63,884 bases of DNA from Planctomycetota bacterium (GTDB taxonomy: Bacteria > Planctomycetota > Phycisphaerae > UBA1845), in NCBI GenBank assembly GCA_038043285.1, contig JBBTCJ010000068.1, positions 1 to 63,884 on the forward strand, read 5' to 3'. How positions within the stretch are numbered: the stretch's first letter is position 1; the number at the start of each line of letters is the position of its first letter. Shown here in pieces: positions 41,973 through 51,543 of this stretch. A program made the translations under genes and the position numbers. The notes beneath the pieces were generated by a model. It was not told the origin of the DNA. It saw only the letters and a program-made list of their open reading frames with translations, and did not search any database.

Positions 41973-42519
41973 GATCTTGACGTCTCCTATCCGTGCAAGG
42001 GGAACCGTGACTTCTCGCTGTTGTTCGCTGTGTCCTCGGACCTGCCGCTCCGCTCGCCGCTGCCGAACCTCGAACCGAGGTCATGCCGGTATTGTTTGGG
42101 GTGTCCGGCACCTGCGCAGGTGGCTGAGCAGGACGGAGAGTCGCGCGACGGCCAAGGCCACGCATGTGTCGACCCCTCCATCATCGAGGCGGATTCTACC
42201 GCTCACCGTGCCACGAATCCAGCCACACAGAAAAAACACATCGTCAACATCTCCCCTAACGCTCGTAGGGTGCCTCGCGAGCGGCGATCCACCCGTCGCT
42301 ACGGCTACAAACCCGGCATGGATATTTCAGGTCAAGCTGGGCGAATCCCAAGCGACACCGACAGGCGTCCGCCCGTGTAAGCTCCGAAACCCCCGACCGC
42401 TTCCGGAAGCCATGCCCGTACTGGAGGCCGGGATTTCCGGCGGCGCCGCGTCGCCTACGCCAGGCGCTCGGGGCGCTCCGCGGCGATGGCCAGAGGCTTC
42501 GAGTGTCGAGCGGCGGCCG

Positions 42520-43791
42520 TCAGCGCATGGAGGCGGTAGACGCCGGCCGGTAACGGCCTCGGCTCCGCTGCGAAGGAACCCGACGCCGCCCACGCAGTCT
42601 GAGGTTGTCGGTCAGCGTTTTTCTCGCACTGTGCGGCGCCGGCGTGGTCAACGGTCCGGGTTCCGGAGAGCCGTCTGCCCGCTGAAGCGGTTGCTGAAGC
42701 AACCGCTCGATAGACCGGAGGTCGCCGCGCTCATCCGAAGTGCAGAACGATACCGCGGTGCCCGTGGCCCCGGCCCGGCCTGCGCGCCCGATGCGATGCA
42801 CATAGGTCTCCGGATCAGGCGTCATGTCATAGTTGATGACGTGGGAGATGTCCTTCACGTCAAGACCCCGCGCCGCAATGTCGGTTGCGACCAGAACCGC
42901 CGTTCGTGCCGATTTGAACTCAGTCAGCGCCCGCGTCCGCGCGCCCTGGCTCTTGTTCCCGTGCAGCGCGGCGGCGGGGATGCCGGCGCGGAGCAGCTGA
43001 ACGACCACTTTGTCTGCCCCGTGTTTGGTGCGCGTAAACACCAGGGTCCGTGTGCGAGGCGTCTGACCAAGGAGCTCCACCAACAGGGTCGGCTTGCCCA
43101 CCTTCTCAACATGGTGGACCCAGTGGTCAACGGTCGGCACCGGCGACGATACCCGCGCCACCTCGACTGGCACCGGATCATGCAGGATCTTGCCCGCCAG
43201 GTCGCGAATCGCGGTTGGCATGGTCGCCGAGAAGAGCAGGGTTTGGCGCTTCTGCGGCAATCGGGCGAGAATCCGCTGCACGTCAGGGAGAAATCCCATG
43301 TCCAGCATCCGATCAGCCTCGTCGAGAACCAGGATCTCGACCACGGAAAGGTTGACCAATCCCTGGTTCAGCAGGTCAAGCAACCGTCCCGGGGTGGCGA
43401 CCAGGACGTCGACGCCCCCGCGCAGCTTCCGGGCCTGCGGGTTCTGGCCGACTCCGCCGAAGACTACACCGTACGCTAGCTTGCAATAGCGGCCGTACGT
43501 GCGAAAGCTGTCGTAAATCTGCTGGGCCAATTCGCGGGTCGGGCAGAGGATCAGGGCACGGGCCGCTTCGGGGCGTCCCGATGCGCGTGCCGAGCGCTCA
43601 CTCAACCGTTGCAGGATGGGCAGCGCAAACGCCGCCGTCTTGCCGGTCCCCGTCTGGGCGGAGCCAAGAACGTCCCGACCAGCGAGTACGTGGGGAATAG
43701 CGGCGGCTTGAATGGGGGTTGGATGGCGGTAATCCGCCTCGCGTAATGCACGACGGAACGGGTCGGAAAGTCGAAGGTCTTCAAACTGCAT
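42520..43791 (-). CDS. rhlE: DEAD-box RNA helicase (RhlE-like)
   Basis: PTPIQ, AQTGTGKT, PTRELA, TPGRL, DEAD, SAT, ARGLD, HRIGRAGR. Confidence 0.9.
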   Translation of the reverse strand: MQFEDLRLSDPFRRALREADYRHPTPIQAAAIPHVLAGRDVLGSAQTGTGKTAAFALPILQRLSERSARASGRPEAARALILCPTRELAQQIYDSFRTYGRYCKLAYGVVFGGVGQNPQARKLRGGVDVLVATPGRLLDLLNQGLVNLSVVEILVLDEADRMLDMGFLPDVQRILARLPQKRQTLLFSATMPTAIRDLAGKILHDPVPVEVARVSSPVPTVDHWVHHVEKVGKPTLLVELLGQTPRTRTLVFTRTKHGADKVVVQLLRAGIPAAALHGNKSQGARTRALTEFKSARTAVLVATDIAARGLDVKDISHVINYDMTPDPETYVHRIGRAGRAGATGTAVSFCTSDERGDLRSIERLLQQPLQRADGSPEPGPLTTPAPHSARKTLTDNLRLRGRRRVPSQRSRGRYRPASTASMR

Positions 43792-43908
43792 TCACTGATT
43801 CTCTCTGAAGTTTCCAGGCGAAGATGTGTCGGACGCGCCTCGCGTCTGCCTCTGCCACCGGTACCTGGCGATCGCACCAATGGCTGTCATTCCACGGGAT
43901 GCACCTTC

Positions 43909-43937
43909 AGGATAGTCGCTAGGCAGGGGCGTGTCAA
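43909..43937 (-). promoter_or_regulatory. Sigma70-type promoter for the helicase
   Basis: Minus strand TTGACA-17 bp-TATCCT. Confidence 0.65.
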
Positions 43938-44077
43938 CCGCCGACTTCAGGCCGCTTAGGGCCTTAGGAGTCGTCGCCTTATGGGCGGGCCAGGGTCCAG
44001 GCTTCGTCGGGATGGGTGGCTTGGCCGCGGAAGGTCGGCGGCTTTTCTCTGGACGGCGTGCCTCTTCACCAGAGCGA

Positions 44078-44224
44078 TCATGGCCCGGTGAAGCTGTTCA
44101 GGAAGATCGCCAAGTCACGCAGGTTGATGTCGAAATCGCGGTCGCCGTCGAAGCGATCAAGGCACGGTTGTGATTGCGGCCCCATGAAGCACCCGTTCAG
44201 CGCCGCGAAATCGTCGAGGTCGAC
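44078..44224 (-). pseudogene. Orphan 3' fragment of a gene encoding a dockerin-like C-terminal domain
   Basis: Unlisted frame reads VDLDDFAALNGCFMGP...CLDRFDGDRDFDINLRDLAIFLNSFTGP*, similar to the C-terminus of 51544-52371. Confidence 0.75.
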
Positions 44225-44586
44225 GCCGATGACGCCGGCGAGTTCGTGAACGACTCGCCAAGGGTCGTCTCGATGGCCGCCTCGAGGTCCAGCTTGTCGA
44301 TCCGCGTTTCGATCCGCTGTACCGCCATGTCGATCATCCGCCGCTGGGCCTCGACGGCTTTGGCGAGGTCGTTTCGGCCCAAGCCACGGAAAAAATGGAC
44401 GAGTTCCTCGTACAGCGCTGTCTGCGCCGCCAGGATCGCCTCGCCGCCCAAGGCCGCGCCGAACTGCTCGTCGGTGACGCCGGCGGTGTCGGCCTGTGGC
44501 TTGATCAAGGCGAAGATCACGTCGCGCAGCAGGATCACGTCGGTTCCTAGCCGGGTCAGCAGCGGCGGGTCACCCGCTTCGAGTTC
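44197..44586 (-). pseudogene. 5'-truncated phage tail-assembly-chaperone-like gene fragment
   Basis: ELEAGDPPLLTRLGTDVILL.DVIFALIKPQAD..GVTDEQFGAALGG...EELV.FFR resembles planctomycete prophage tail-region proteins. No N-terminus and no other phage genes nearby. Confidence 0.65.
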
Positions 44587-44693
44587 GCGCGGGGGTGCGA
44601 TAATCCGACCTGTTCACGAGGTTTCCTTGTCGGCGTCATTTGGATCGCGTAATTGCCTGCGTCGAAGTGGATACGTCCGATAACTGTTGCGGG

Positions 44694-44722
44694 TTGAAAA
44701 GCTGGTAAATGTATCGTAGGAT
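44694..44722 (+). promoter_or_regulatory. Sigma70-type promoter
   Basis: TTGAAA-17 bp-TAGGAT upstream of 44823. Confidence 0.55.
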
Positions 44723-44822
44723 CGGCGACCCAGATTAGTGTTCACATGCCCATGCAGTCAGCTTCTATGCGCTGATTCAATCTGGGGCAATGGGGTAAAA
44801 CCAGAGGAACAAAAGGAGAACA

Positions 44823-46820
44823 ATGGTGATGAACAGGGGAAAGTTGTTGGAGTCCGGCGTTCGGGTGGCGGCCGTCGTGGCAACGTTAGCGCTGAGTGGT
44901 ACGGTCCTTGCGCAAGAGCACGGTCTCGGCGCGACCAAGGGCTGCAATCCGCGCTGCGTCGGTGAGAACATGAACTGCACCATGACGGCGCGGTTCCTGG
45001 ATGACTTTGATGACGTGATCGTGTTGTCAGCCGCGTGGGACGAAGTGGCCTCGACGGGCGGAACGGTCCGCGTTCCCGCGGTGGGCGACCTGCCGATCAT
45101 CGCGGTGGTCGGCAATGCGGTGTGTACGGACGACGGCGGCGTTTGCAACCCAGCCACGGGTGCGAATTGCGCTCTTCCGTGTCGGATGGCCCAATCGGGC
45201 AGCACGGTCGGCGGACTGCCGGGATTGACGGGCAGCGGCCGCGTCCAGTTCGCTCAGAAAACGTACGTGATTCAGCCGGACGACCCGGCCAACCTCGCGG
45301 ACACCGTACAGTTCGCGTGGTCGGACGAGTGCAATTCGGGGCGCTTCGACTGCCCGCAGACGACGCTGGTGACGCCGGCCGGGTCCGCAACGATCGTGAA
45401 AACCTGCGGGGACGGCAACGCATGCACGGAAGACGTGTGCGAGTTGGGCGTGTGCAGCTACATCGCCGAGTGCGGCAGCGCCGCGGACTGCGCGGACGGC
45501 GACGAGTGCACGCAGGACGTGTGTACGCCCGACGGATGTTGCGAGCACCCGCCGGTCGTCTGCGATGACGACAACGGTTGCACGGAGGATTCGTGCGACT
45601 CGGCTGCCGGATGCGTCTATACGCCGGAGTGCCTGGGCGCGGATGATTGCGACGACCAGGACGCCTGCACGAGCGACACCTGCTCGGTTGCCGGATGCTG
45701 CGAACATGCGCCGGTCGTGTGCGACGACAACAACAGTTGCACCGAGGATACCTGCGACTCGGGCACGGGCTGCGTCAACATTCCGCAATGCGTAAACGCC
45801 GATGACTGTGGCGACAACGATGCGTGCACCAACGACATCTGCACGCCCGACGGTTGCTGTGAGCACACCCCGGTGGTCTGTGACGACAACGACGCCTGCA
45901 CGCGGGACTCGTGCGACGCGGCCACGGGTTGCGTTCGCGACGCGATCACGTGCGAGGACAACAATTCCTGCACGGCGAATTCGTGCGTTCCCGCCACGGG
46001 TTGCGTCTACACGCCGGAATGCACGTCGGACGCGGATTGTGAAGACCAGGACGCCTGCATCAGCAATACCTGCTCGGCCGAGGGCTGCTGCGAAGATGCA
46101 CCGGTTATTTGCGACGACCGCAACTCCTGCACAACGGACTCGTGCGATTCGGCCAGCGGCTGCGTCTACGTACCGGAATGCACGTCGGACGCGGATTGCG
46201 ACGATCAGAACGCGTGCACGACGGACAGCTGCTCGGCTTCGGGTTGCTGCGAGCACGCGCTGACCATCTGCGAGCACCGCGCCTGCTACACCGGAACCTG
46301 TGACCCGGCAGGCGGTTGCGCGTTTGAACCGGTGGTTTGTTCACCGGACAATGACGTCTGCACGACGGAATACTGTGATCCGACGCAAGACGCTTGCGTG
46401 TCCGCTCCGGCGAATCCGATGCCTCCGGAGTGCGTCGAGGGCGAAGGGTGCACGCCGGGCTTCTGGAAGCAGCCGCAGCACTTGCAGTATTGGATCGGGT
46501 ACACCCCGACCGACGTCTACGATAAGGTCTTCGGGGTCAGTTCATTCGGCAACATGACGCTGCTTCAGGTGCTGGGCCAGGGCGGCGGCGGCAAGATCGC
46601 GCTGGGTCGGCACTCGGTCGCGGCGTTGCTCAATGCGACCAGCGGCGAGGTTGATTATGCCTACACCGTCGATCAGATCATCGCGATGGTGCAGGAGGCC
46701 TACGCCACCGGCGATTTCGAGGGCGCCAAGAACTTGCTGGCGACGGAGAACGAGCGGGGTTGCTCGGTCGACAAGTCCCGGTCTGGCGGGAAGACGGGAA
46801 TTTCGCGCGGCGGACGGTAG
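44823..46820 (+). CDS. Secreted Cys-rich repeat protein with C-terminal GCTPGFWK domain
   Basis: AAGGAG RBS, signal peptide (VLA|Q), five ~53-aa units of CDD.N.CT.D.C type. Confidence 0.88.
   Translation: MVMNRGKLLESGVRVAAVVATLALSGTVLAQEHGLGATKGCNPRCVGENMNCTMTARFLDDFDDVIVLSAAWDEVASTGGTVRVPAVGDLPIIAVVGNAVCTDDGGVCNPATGANCALPCRMAQSGSTVGGLPGLTGSGRVQFAQKTYVIQPDDPANLADTVQFAWSDECNSGRFDCPQTTLVTPAGSATIVKTCGDGNACTEDVCELGVCSYIAECGSAADCADGDECTQDVCTPDGCCEHPPVVCDDDNGCTEDSCDSAAGCVYTPECLGADDCDDQDACTSDTCSVAGCCEHAPVVCDDNNSCTEDTCDSGTGCVNIPQCVNADDCGDNDACTNDICTPDGCCEHTPVVCDDNDACTRDSCDAATGCVRDAITCEDNNSCTANSCVPATGCVYTPECTSDADCEDQDACISNTCSAEGCCEDAPVICDDRNSCTTDSCDSASGCVYVPECTSDADCDDQNACTTDSCSASGCCEHALTICEHRACYTGTCDPAGGCAFEPVVCSPDNDVCTTEYCDPTQDACVSAPANPMPPECVEGEGCTPGFWKQPQHLQYWIGYTPTDVYDKVFGVSSFGNMTLLQVLGQGGGGKIALGRHSVAALLNATSGEVDYAYTVDQIIAMVQEAYATGDFEGAKNLLATENERGCSVDKSRSGGKTGISRGGR
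45468..46330 (+). repeat. Intragenic ~159-bp tandem repeat (about 5 units)
   Basis: For example ccggaatgcacgtcggacgcggattg recurs 159 bp apart near 46015 and 46174. Confidence 0.8.
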
Positions 46821-46869
46821 CAGGCCTTGACCCGGTCGTGACGTGGCTGGGGACGGCGTGACGCAACAC

Positions 46870-46902
46870 AAAGGGGGGCGAGTGATCCTCGCCCCCCTTT
46901 TT
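46870..46902 (+). terminator. Rho-independent (possibly bidirectional) terminator
   Basis: aaaggggggcgag(tgatc)ctcgccccccttttt. Confidence 0.85.
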
Positions 46903-47108
46903 CCTGTCCATGGCATCGAGTCAACGCGAGCGGACTGCCCGTGGCGTACGGCGTGGCCCTTACAGAAAACTCACTTTTTGCGTACCGGGTTCCAAGAGCA
47001 CGTGCCCCGGTTCTCCAGTGATCGGTCGCTCAGTCTGACCCTCGACGCTCCGCAACAAGCGAAGCAGCTCCCGGTCCGGGTAACGGCAGACTGAAACCAA
47101 GGTGGGCA

Positions 47109-47876
47109 TTACTCCATCTGATGACAGGTCATGCAGAGCCGGGAGCCTTCGATGGGCACACTGAGGAGCTTGGGCGTGGAGGCATAGAGGTTGTGACACG
47201 AGAGGCAACTGACGGCCCCGCCGGGCAGTCGGACGGCTTCGGGAAGCAGCGTCGCCGGGCGCAGCCGCACGTTGGCCCGCGTTTTTCCGGCTCTGGGATA
47301 AGACACGCCCACGGGGTGGTTGCGACCGCTGTCGCCCACGGATCCACCGCCGCGGTTCCAGGGCGTGTCATAGGCGGCCTCCCCCGCATTCACGCCGTCG
47401 TGACACGACAGGCATTGTCGCGTGCCGTCGTCGACCGATCGGGCTGACTCGCGTTCGTCCGACTCCGGCGTCACGTGGGCTCGTGACATCGCCATCCAGT
47501 GCATTCCGGCGGCCGTCCAATGCGTCGGGTCGCGGTGGCAGTTCAGGCAGAAGTCCGTTGGATCGTCCGCGGGTTCATGCCCCCCACGAAGCATCGGCTT
47601 GCCCTGCCCGCTAAGCGAAGGAAGGGATGCGTGACAGGTGGTGCAGGTGATCGTTCCGTCCGGGGCCAAGGGCCAGCCGGTTGGAACCTTCACCGACGAC
47701 GAAGGCACAACCCCGACCGGGTGATTCAGCATCCCCGGCCCCTTCCGGAGGCGATCGGCGAGGTTCGCCTCCTGGTCCGGCCAGCCGGCGGCCAGGGTCA
47801 GCGTCGCAAGGCACGGCATGGTCAGGAGAACGTAGAACGGTCCTATCGCGTGAACACGCGGGCGCTTCTTCCCCAT
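47109..47876 (-). CDS. Pentaheme cytochrome c (doubled-CxxCH family)
   Basis: Signal peptide. CTTCH, CLNCH, CLSCH, CLSCH, CMTCH. Two NHPVGV motifs. Confidence 0.9.
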   Translation of the reverse strand: MGKKRPRVHAIGPFYVLLTMPCLATLTLAAGWPDQEANLADRLRKGPGMLNHPVGVVPSSSVKVPTGWPLAPDGTITCTTCHASLPSLSGQGKPMLRGGHEPADDPTDFCLNCHRDPTHWTAAGMHWMAMSRAHVTPESDERESARSVDDGTRQCLSCHDGVNAGEAAYDTPWNRGGGSVGDSGRNHPVGVSYPRAGKTRANVRLRPATLLPEAVRLPGGAVSCLSCHNLYASTPKLLSVPIEGSRLCMTCHQME

Positions 47877-48350
47877 GCAATTCTCTCAGGACGATTTCGA
47901 ACCGGGGCGTAGAGTGCGGACCGGGGACAGAATCATCCCACGGTCGGCGTGGCGGATCGCGCGAACGTCCGGCTGCGCTGCGCGGAGGATTAGACCGGTC
48001 CAACTCGAACCGGGTCGCCAGGGAACGCCCTATTTCGGACGTACGATATCGACGGTAAGAACCTGCCCGCGCGGATCGGCAATCTCCGCCGCCCGAAAGT
48101 GGCGTTCGCCACAGACCCGTAAGAACGGGGATCTTCGGACGACGCGCCAGTCGCAAGAATCTTCCCAGACTTGGGAACTCGGCATGACCTCTGCGGCGCG
48201 AAAGGACTGGTTGCGCCGCACTGGACGGCCTCGACATCGTCTCCACCCAGCGGATCCTCGTGCGGCACGACTCTTGCACACCATCGGTCCGGTAGGGTGA
48301 GGCCGCGCGCGGAGCCGGCGCATCTCCTCTCGTCCTGGAGCGGGAACACC

Positions 48351-51300
48351 ATGTTCACAATCGCCATCGGTCCAATGCTTGGATTGGCTGTCGGTCAGCT
48401 CTCACCGCTGACCCACCAGATGACCTGGACGCAGGGGCTGGACAACCCCGCGCGCCTTGCCGAGGCCGACGGAACGTGGTTGATCGCGGACACCCGCGCC
48501 GACCGCGTGGTCCGGTACGACTCGTCCGGGGCGTACCTCGGCGAATGGGCGGAACCGGCGGGTCCGGTGGGAATTGCGGCGCATCCCGACGGACGGATCT
48601 TCGTGTCGCGGCGTGACGATCGGCGCGTGGCCGTCCATGACGCCCAATACGCTTTTCTTGGGTTCCTCGGAATCGGCGCGGTCAGTTTCGTTGAACCGAC
48701 GGACCTGGCGATTGATCCTCTCACGGGACGAATCTACGTCGTTGATACCGGGGCCGATCGCGTCTATGCCTTCCACTCGAGCGGAACCCTCGCGGTGATG
48801 TTCGGCTCCTGCGGCAGCGGCTTCGGACAGTTCAAATACCAGACGGCCGTCGCCGTTGATCCGTTCACCAGCCGCGTGCTGGTCGCTGACCAGGACAACT
48901 TTCGCGTGCAGGTCTTCGACACCGCGGGCATGTTCCTGTTCTCGTTCGGGTATCGCATCAAGTATCTTCCGAGCGGAACGAGCGCCGGTTGGTTCACGCG
49001 GACCGCGGGGCTGGCGACGGACGGCGCCGGGCGCATCTACGTCACCGATGCGCTGATGGGAACGCTGCGTATCTTTTCCCCAAGCGGACTTGAGCTGGGA
49101 GAGGTCGTCGGTTTTGGCGCCAATCCCGGTGAACTCCAAAACCCCGGCGAGGTCGCGCTCGACGGATCGGGTCGGGTGTACGTTGCGAACGCCAACGTCG
49201 GCACGGTCGAGGTCTACGATGCCCCGTCGCCGTCAATGCTCGCCGCCGTCTCGCCGGAGTGGTTTTCCGGAACCAATGAAACGGTCTCTGATCGCCTGAC
49301 GAGTCCGGTGCGGCGCACGCTTCCGTGGTATGACAAGCTACGTCGAGGCACGCAGCGGTTGACTGAAGAGGGAGTCACTGCGACCTCCAGTTGGGACGCG
49401 CCGCACATGTTGTCCGACCTGAGCTGCGGGCGGTGTCACAACGTGCCCGACCAGCCCTTGGGACACCTCGGCACGCTCGACGGGCAGACCAACCTGTGCC
49501 TCTCGTGCCACAACGGCGCGGGTCAGGCACTGGAAGCCTCGTTGCGAACGGCGGACCGGGTGTTGATCTCGCTAAACACGGACAGCGGCGGGCGATCGCA
49601 CGCCTGGGGTGTGTCGGCGATCAACTCCGCCGTCGGGTCGGTTGGACCGCCGGCCGGCAGCGAGATGGCGCGTTATCTTTCCTCCGGGAAGATCAAGTGC
49701 GCTACTTGTCACGACCAGCATTCGCAGATCGCGGGCAGGCCCTACCTGCGAACGAAGAATGACTCCGGCGGGTTGTGCAAACAGTGCCACGCCGAGCACG
49801 TCGGTCACACGCCGCGAGGATCGTGGCAGCCGACGTGCAACGAGTGCCACGACGCGCACAACCCGAACAGCGACAATCTTGGGCTGATCCGTACCGACGT
49901 GCGTAACCGCACGCTCGGCCTCGACAAGGCGGTGACGCTCGTCGCACGAACGGGTCCGGGCAGCTTCGACGACGGCGACCCTGCGGCCAACGACGGGCTT
50001 TGTCAGGTCTGCCACCTGACGACAGCCTATCATCGTCACGACGGATCGGGCGCCCCGCACAACAACGGGCAGGACTGTATCTCGTGCCATCCGCACGACA
50101 ACGGGTTTCTGCCCGTGAGCGGAGGCGACTGCACGTCGTGCCATGCCGTGGCACAGGACAACGGCGACGGCGTCCCGGTCGGCGGCCGCCGCGCGGTCGT
50201 CGGCGAATTCCCCGCGACCGACGCCCACGCCCATTACGGCGCGACGCTGGGAGGCGACGCCTGCGTCGTCTGTCACGACATGACCACGCATCAGGACGGC
50301 TACGTCGACCTGCTCGACGCCGACGACGGGAGTTTGTACAGGTTCCAGAAGCCCGGCGACCTGGCCGGCGACCCCGACGTTTCCAACTTCTGCATGAGCT
50401 GCCACGACCCGGACGGAGCAAGCAGATTTACGACGCCGCTGGATCCGTTCAACAACGGCAATTCCCCGCCCGCGGTGGCCGCGAAGTTCCTGGGCACGCT
50501 GCAATGGGACGAGCAGTACGGCGACTTCTGCTTCGGAACGGAGGGAACCCTGCGCGGCGTCAACAGCCACCACGACGTCCGCGACGCCGATCAGGCGTTT
50601 AGCGGGGCGAAGATCGAATGCCTTGACTGCCATGGCGCACACTCCGCCGGAGCATCGCAGCCGCTCGTGGATCCGTTCCACGCCACGCAACCTTGGACCG
50701 GGAGCAACAATGCCTTCTGCTTATCGTGCCACAACGGCGGCACCGGTCCGCTGGATCCGGGATTCCCCGCCGGCGTGTTCGGTCCGGCGATCGACACCAC
50801 TGACCCACGTTGGGCGTCCTTGGGCATCAACTGGACGACAACGCTCGGCGGCGCCTGCGTCGGCGGCGGGTGCTCCTCACTGCGCGGCATCGACTCCTGC
50901 GACTATGTGGATGGACCCTGGTACGTCGATTACTCGTGGACCCACTCCGCCCACGGACCGGATTCGAAGCGCGGGTGGAACGGCTATTCCGGCGCGCCGG
51001 GCGCGGACATGGATTGCACGACCTGTCACGACCCGCACGGTTCGACGACAGCCACGAACCCAGCAGGCAACCCCTACATGATTCGCGACGCCATCGACGG
51101 GACGGCCTTCGTCGACGACGGCACGCGCAGCGGCGGATTCAACGGTCCGCCGTGGAACGCCTACGGCACGGGCCGCCCCGTCGTCGTCCCGGTCAGTGGG
51201 ACGACCGTCGGCTGGGGAGCGGGCAGCGGTCTCTGCGGAGCTTGTCACGCCAACTGGATACAGGCCTATGATTGGCATGAGTTCTGCAACGGCTGCCAGA

Positions 51301-51488
51301 CCTGTCATGGTCATGGGATGGCCTGGGGCGAGGCGGACTGGGTCGGGTTCGATAACGATACGCCGTGTCCGATACCCAACGCCGCGTCCTTGGGTGAGTT
51401 TTCGGTCCCCGCGGCGATGCCTGGTGAACCGGAATCGCCGACACGAATGGAACCCCAATTGCACCGTATAGATAGGCGGCGAGAGTAG
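48351..51488 (+). CDS. NHL beta-propeller fused to a 15-heme cytochrome c
   Basis: N-terminal NHL repeats (P.GIA, P.DLAID, VADQDNFRVQVFD). I counted 15 CxxCH motifs in the C-terminal ~680 aa. GGAG RBS. Confidence 0.9.
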   Translation: MFTIAIGPMLGLAVGQLSPLTHQMTWTQGLDNPARLAEADGTWLIADTRADRVVRYDSSGAYLGEWAEPAGPVGIAAHPDGRIFVSRRDDRRVAVHDAQYAFLGFLGIGAVSFVEPTDLAIDPLTGRIYVVDTGADRVYAFHSSGTLAVMFGSCGSGFGQFKYQTAVAVDPFTSRVLVADQDNFRVQVFDTAGMFLFSFGYRIKYLPSGTSAGWFTRTAGLATDGAGRIYVTDALMGTLRIFSPSGLELGEVVGFGANPGELQNPGEVALDGSGRVYVANANVGTVEVYDAPSPSMLAAVSPEWFSGTNETVSDRLTSPVRRTLPWYDKLRRGTQRLTEEGVTATSSWDAPHMLSDLSCGRCHNVPDQPLGHLGTLDGQTNLCLSCHNGAGQALEASLRTADRVLISLNTDSGGRSHAWGVSAINSAVGSVGPPAGSEMARYLSSGKIKCATCHDQHSQIAGRPYLRTKNDSGGLCKQCHAEHVGHTPRGSWQPTCNECHDAHNPNSDNLGLIRTDVRNRTLGLDKAVTLVARTGPGSFDDGDPAANDGLCQVCHLTTAYHRHDGSGAPHNNGQDCISCHPHDNGFLPVSGGDCTSCHAVAQDNGDGVPVGGRRAVVGEFPATDAHAHYGATLGGDACVVCHDMTTHQDGYVDLLDADDGSLYRFQKPGDLAGDPDVSNFCMSCHDPDGASRFTTPLDPFNNGNSPPAVAAKFLGTLQWDEQYGDFCFGTEGTLRGVNSHHDVRDADQAFSGAKIECLDCHGAHSAGASQPLVDPFHATQPWTGSNNAFCLSCHNGGTGPLDPGFPAGVFGPAIDTTDPRWASLGINWTTTLGGACVGGGCSSLRGIDSCDYVDGPWYVDYSWTHSAHGPDSKRGWNGYSGAPGADMDCTTCHDPHGSTTATNPAGNPYMIRDAIDGTAFVDDGTRSGGFNGPPWNAYGTGRPVVVPVSGTTVGWGAGSGLCGACHANWIQAYDWHEFCNGCQTCHGHGMAWGEADWVGFDNDTPCPIPNAASLGEFSVPAAMPGEPESPTRMEPQLHRIDRRRE

Positions 51489-51543
51489 ACCTAGGCCCCG
51501 GCGCCACGACGGAAGCCGAGGCCGAGGTCGCCGGCGAACTGAC

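Noticed and set aside
44197-44586. Intact prophage
   Set aside because: Only a single truncated fragment is present, with no integrase, capsid or tape-measure gene and no att pair.
45468-46330. Regularly spaced repeats resembling a CRISPR array
   Set aside because: They are degenerate, in-frame coding repeats with no unique spacers and no cas genes.
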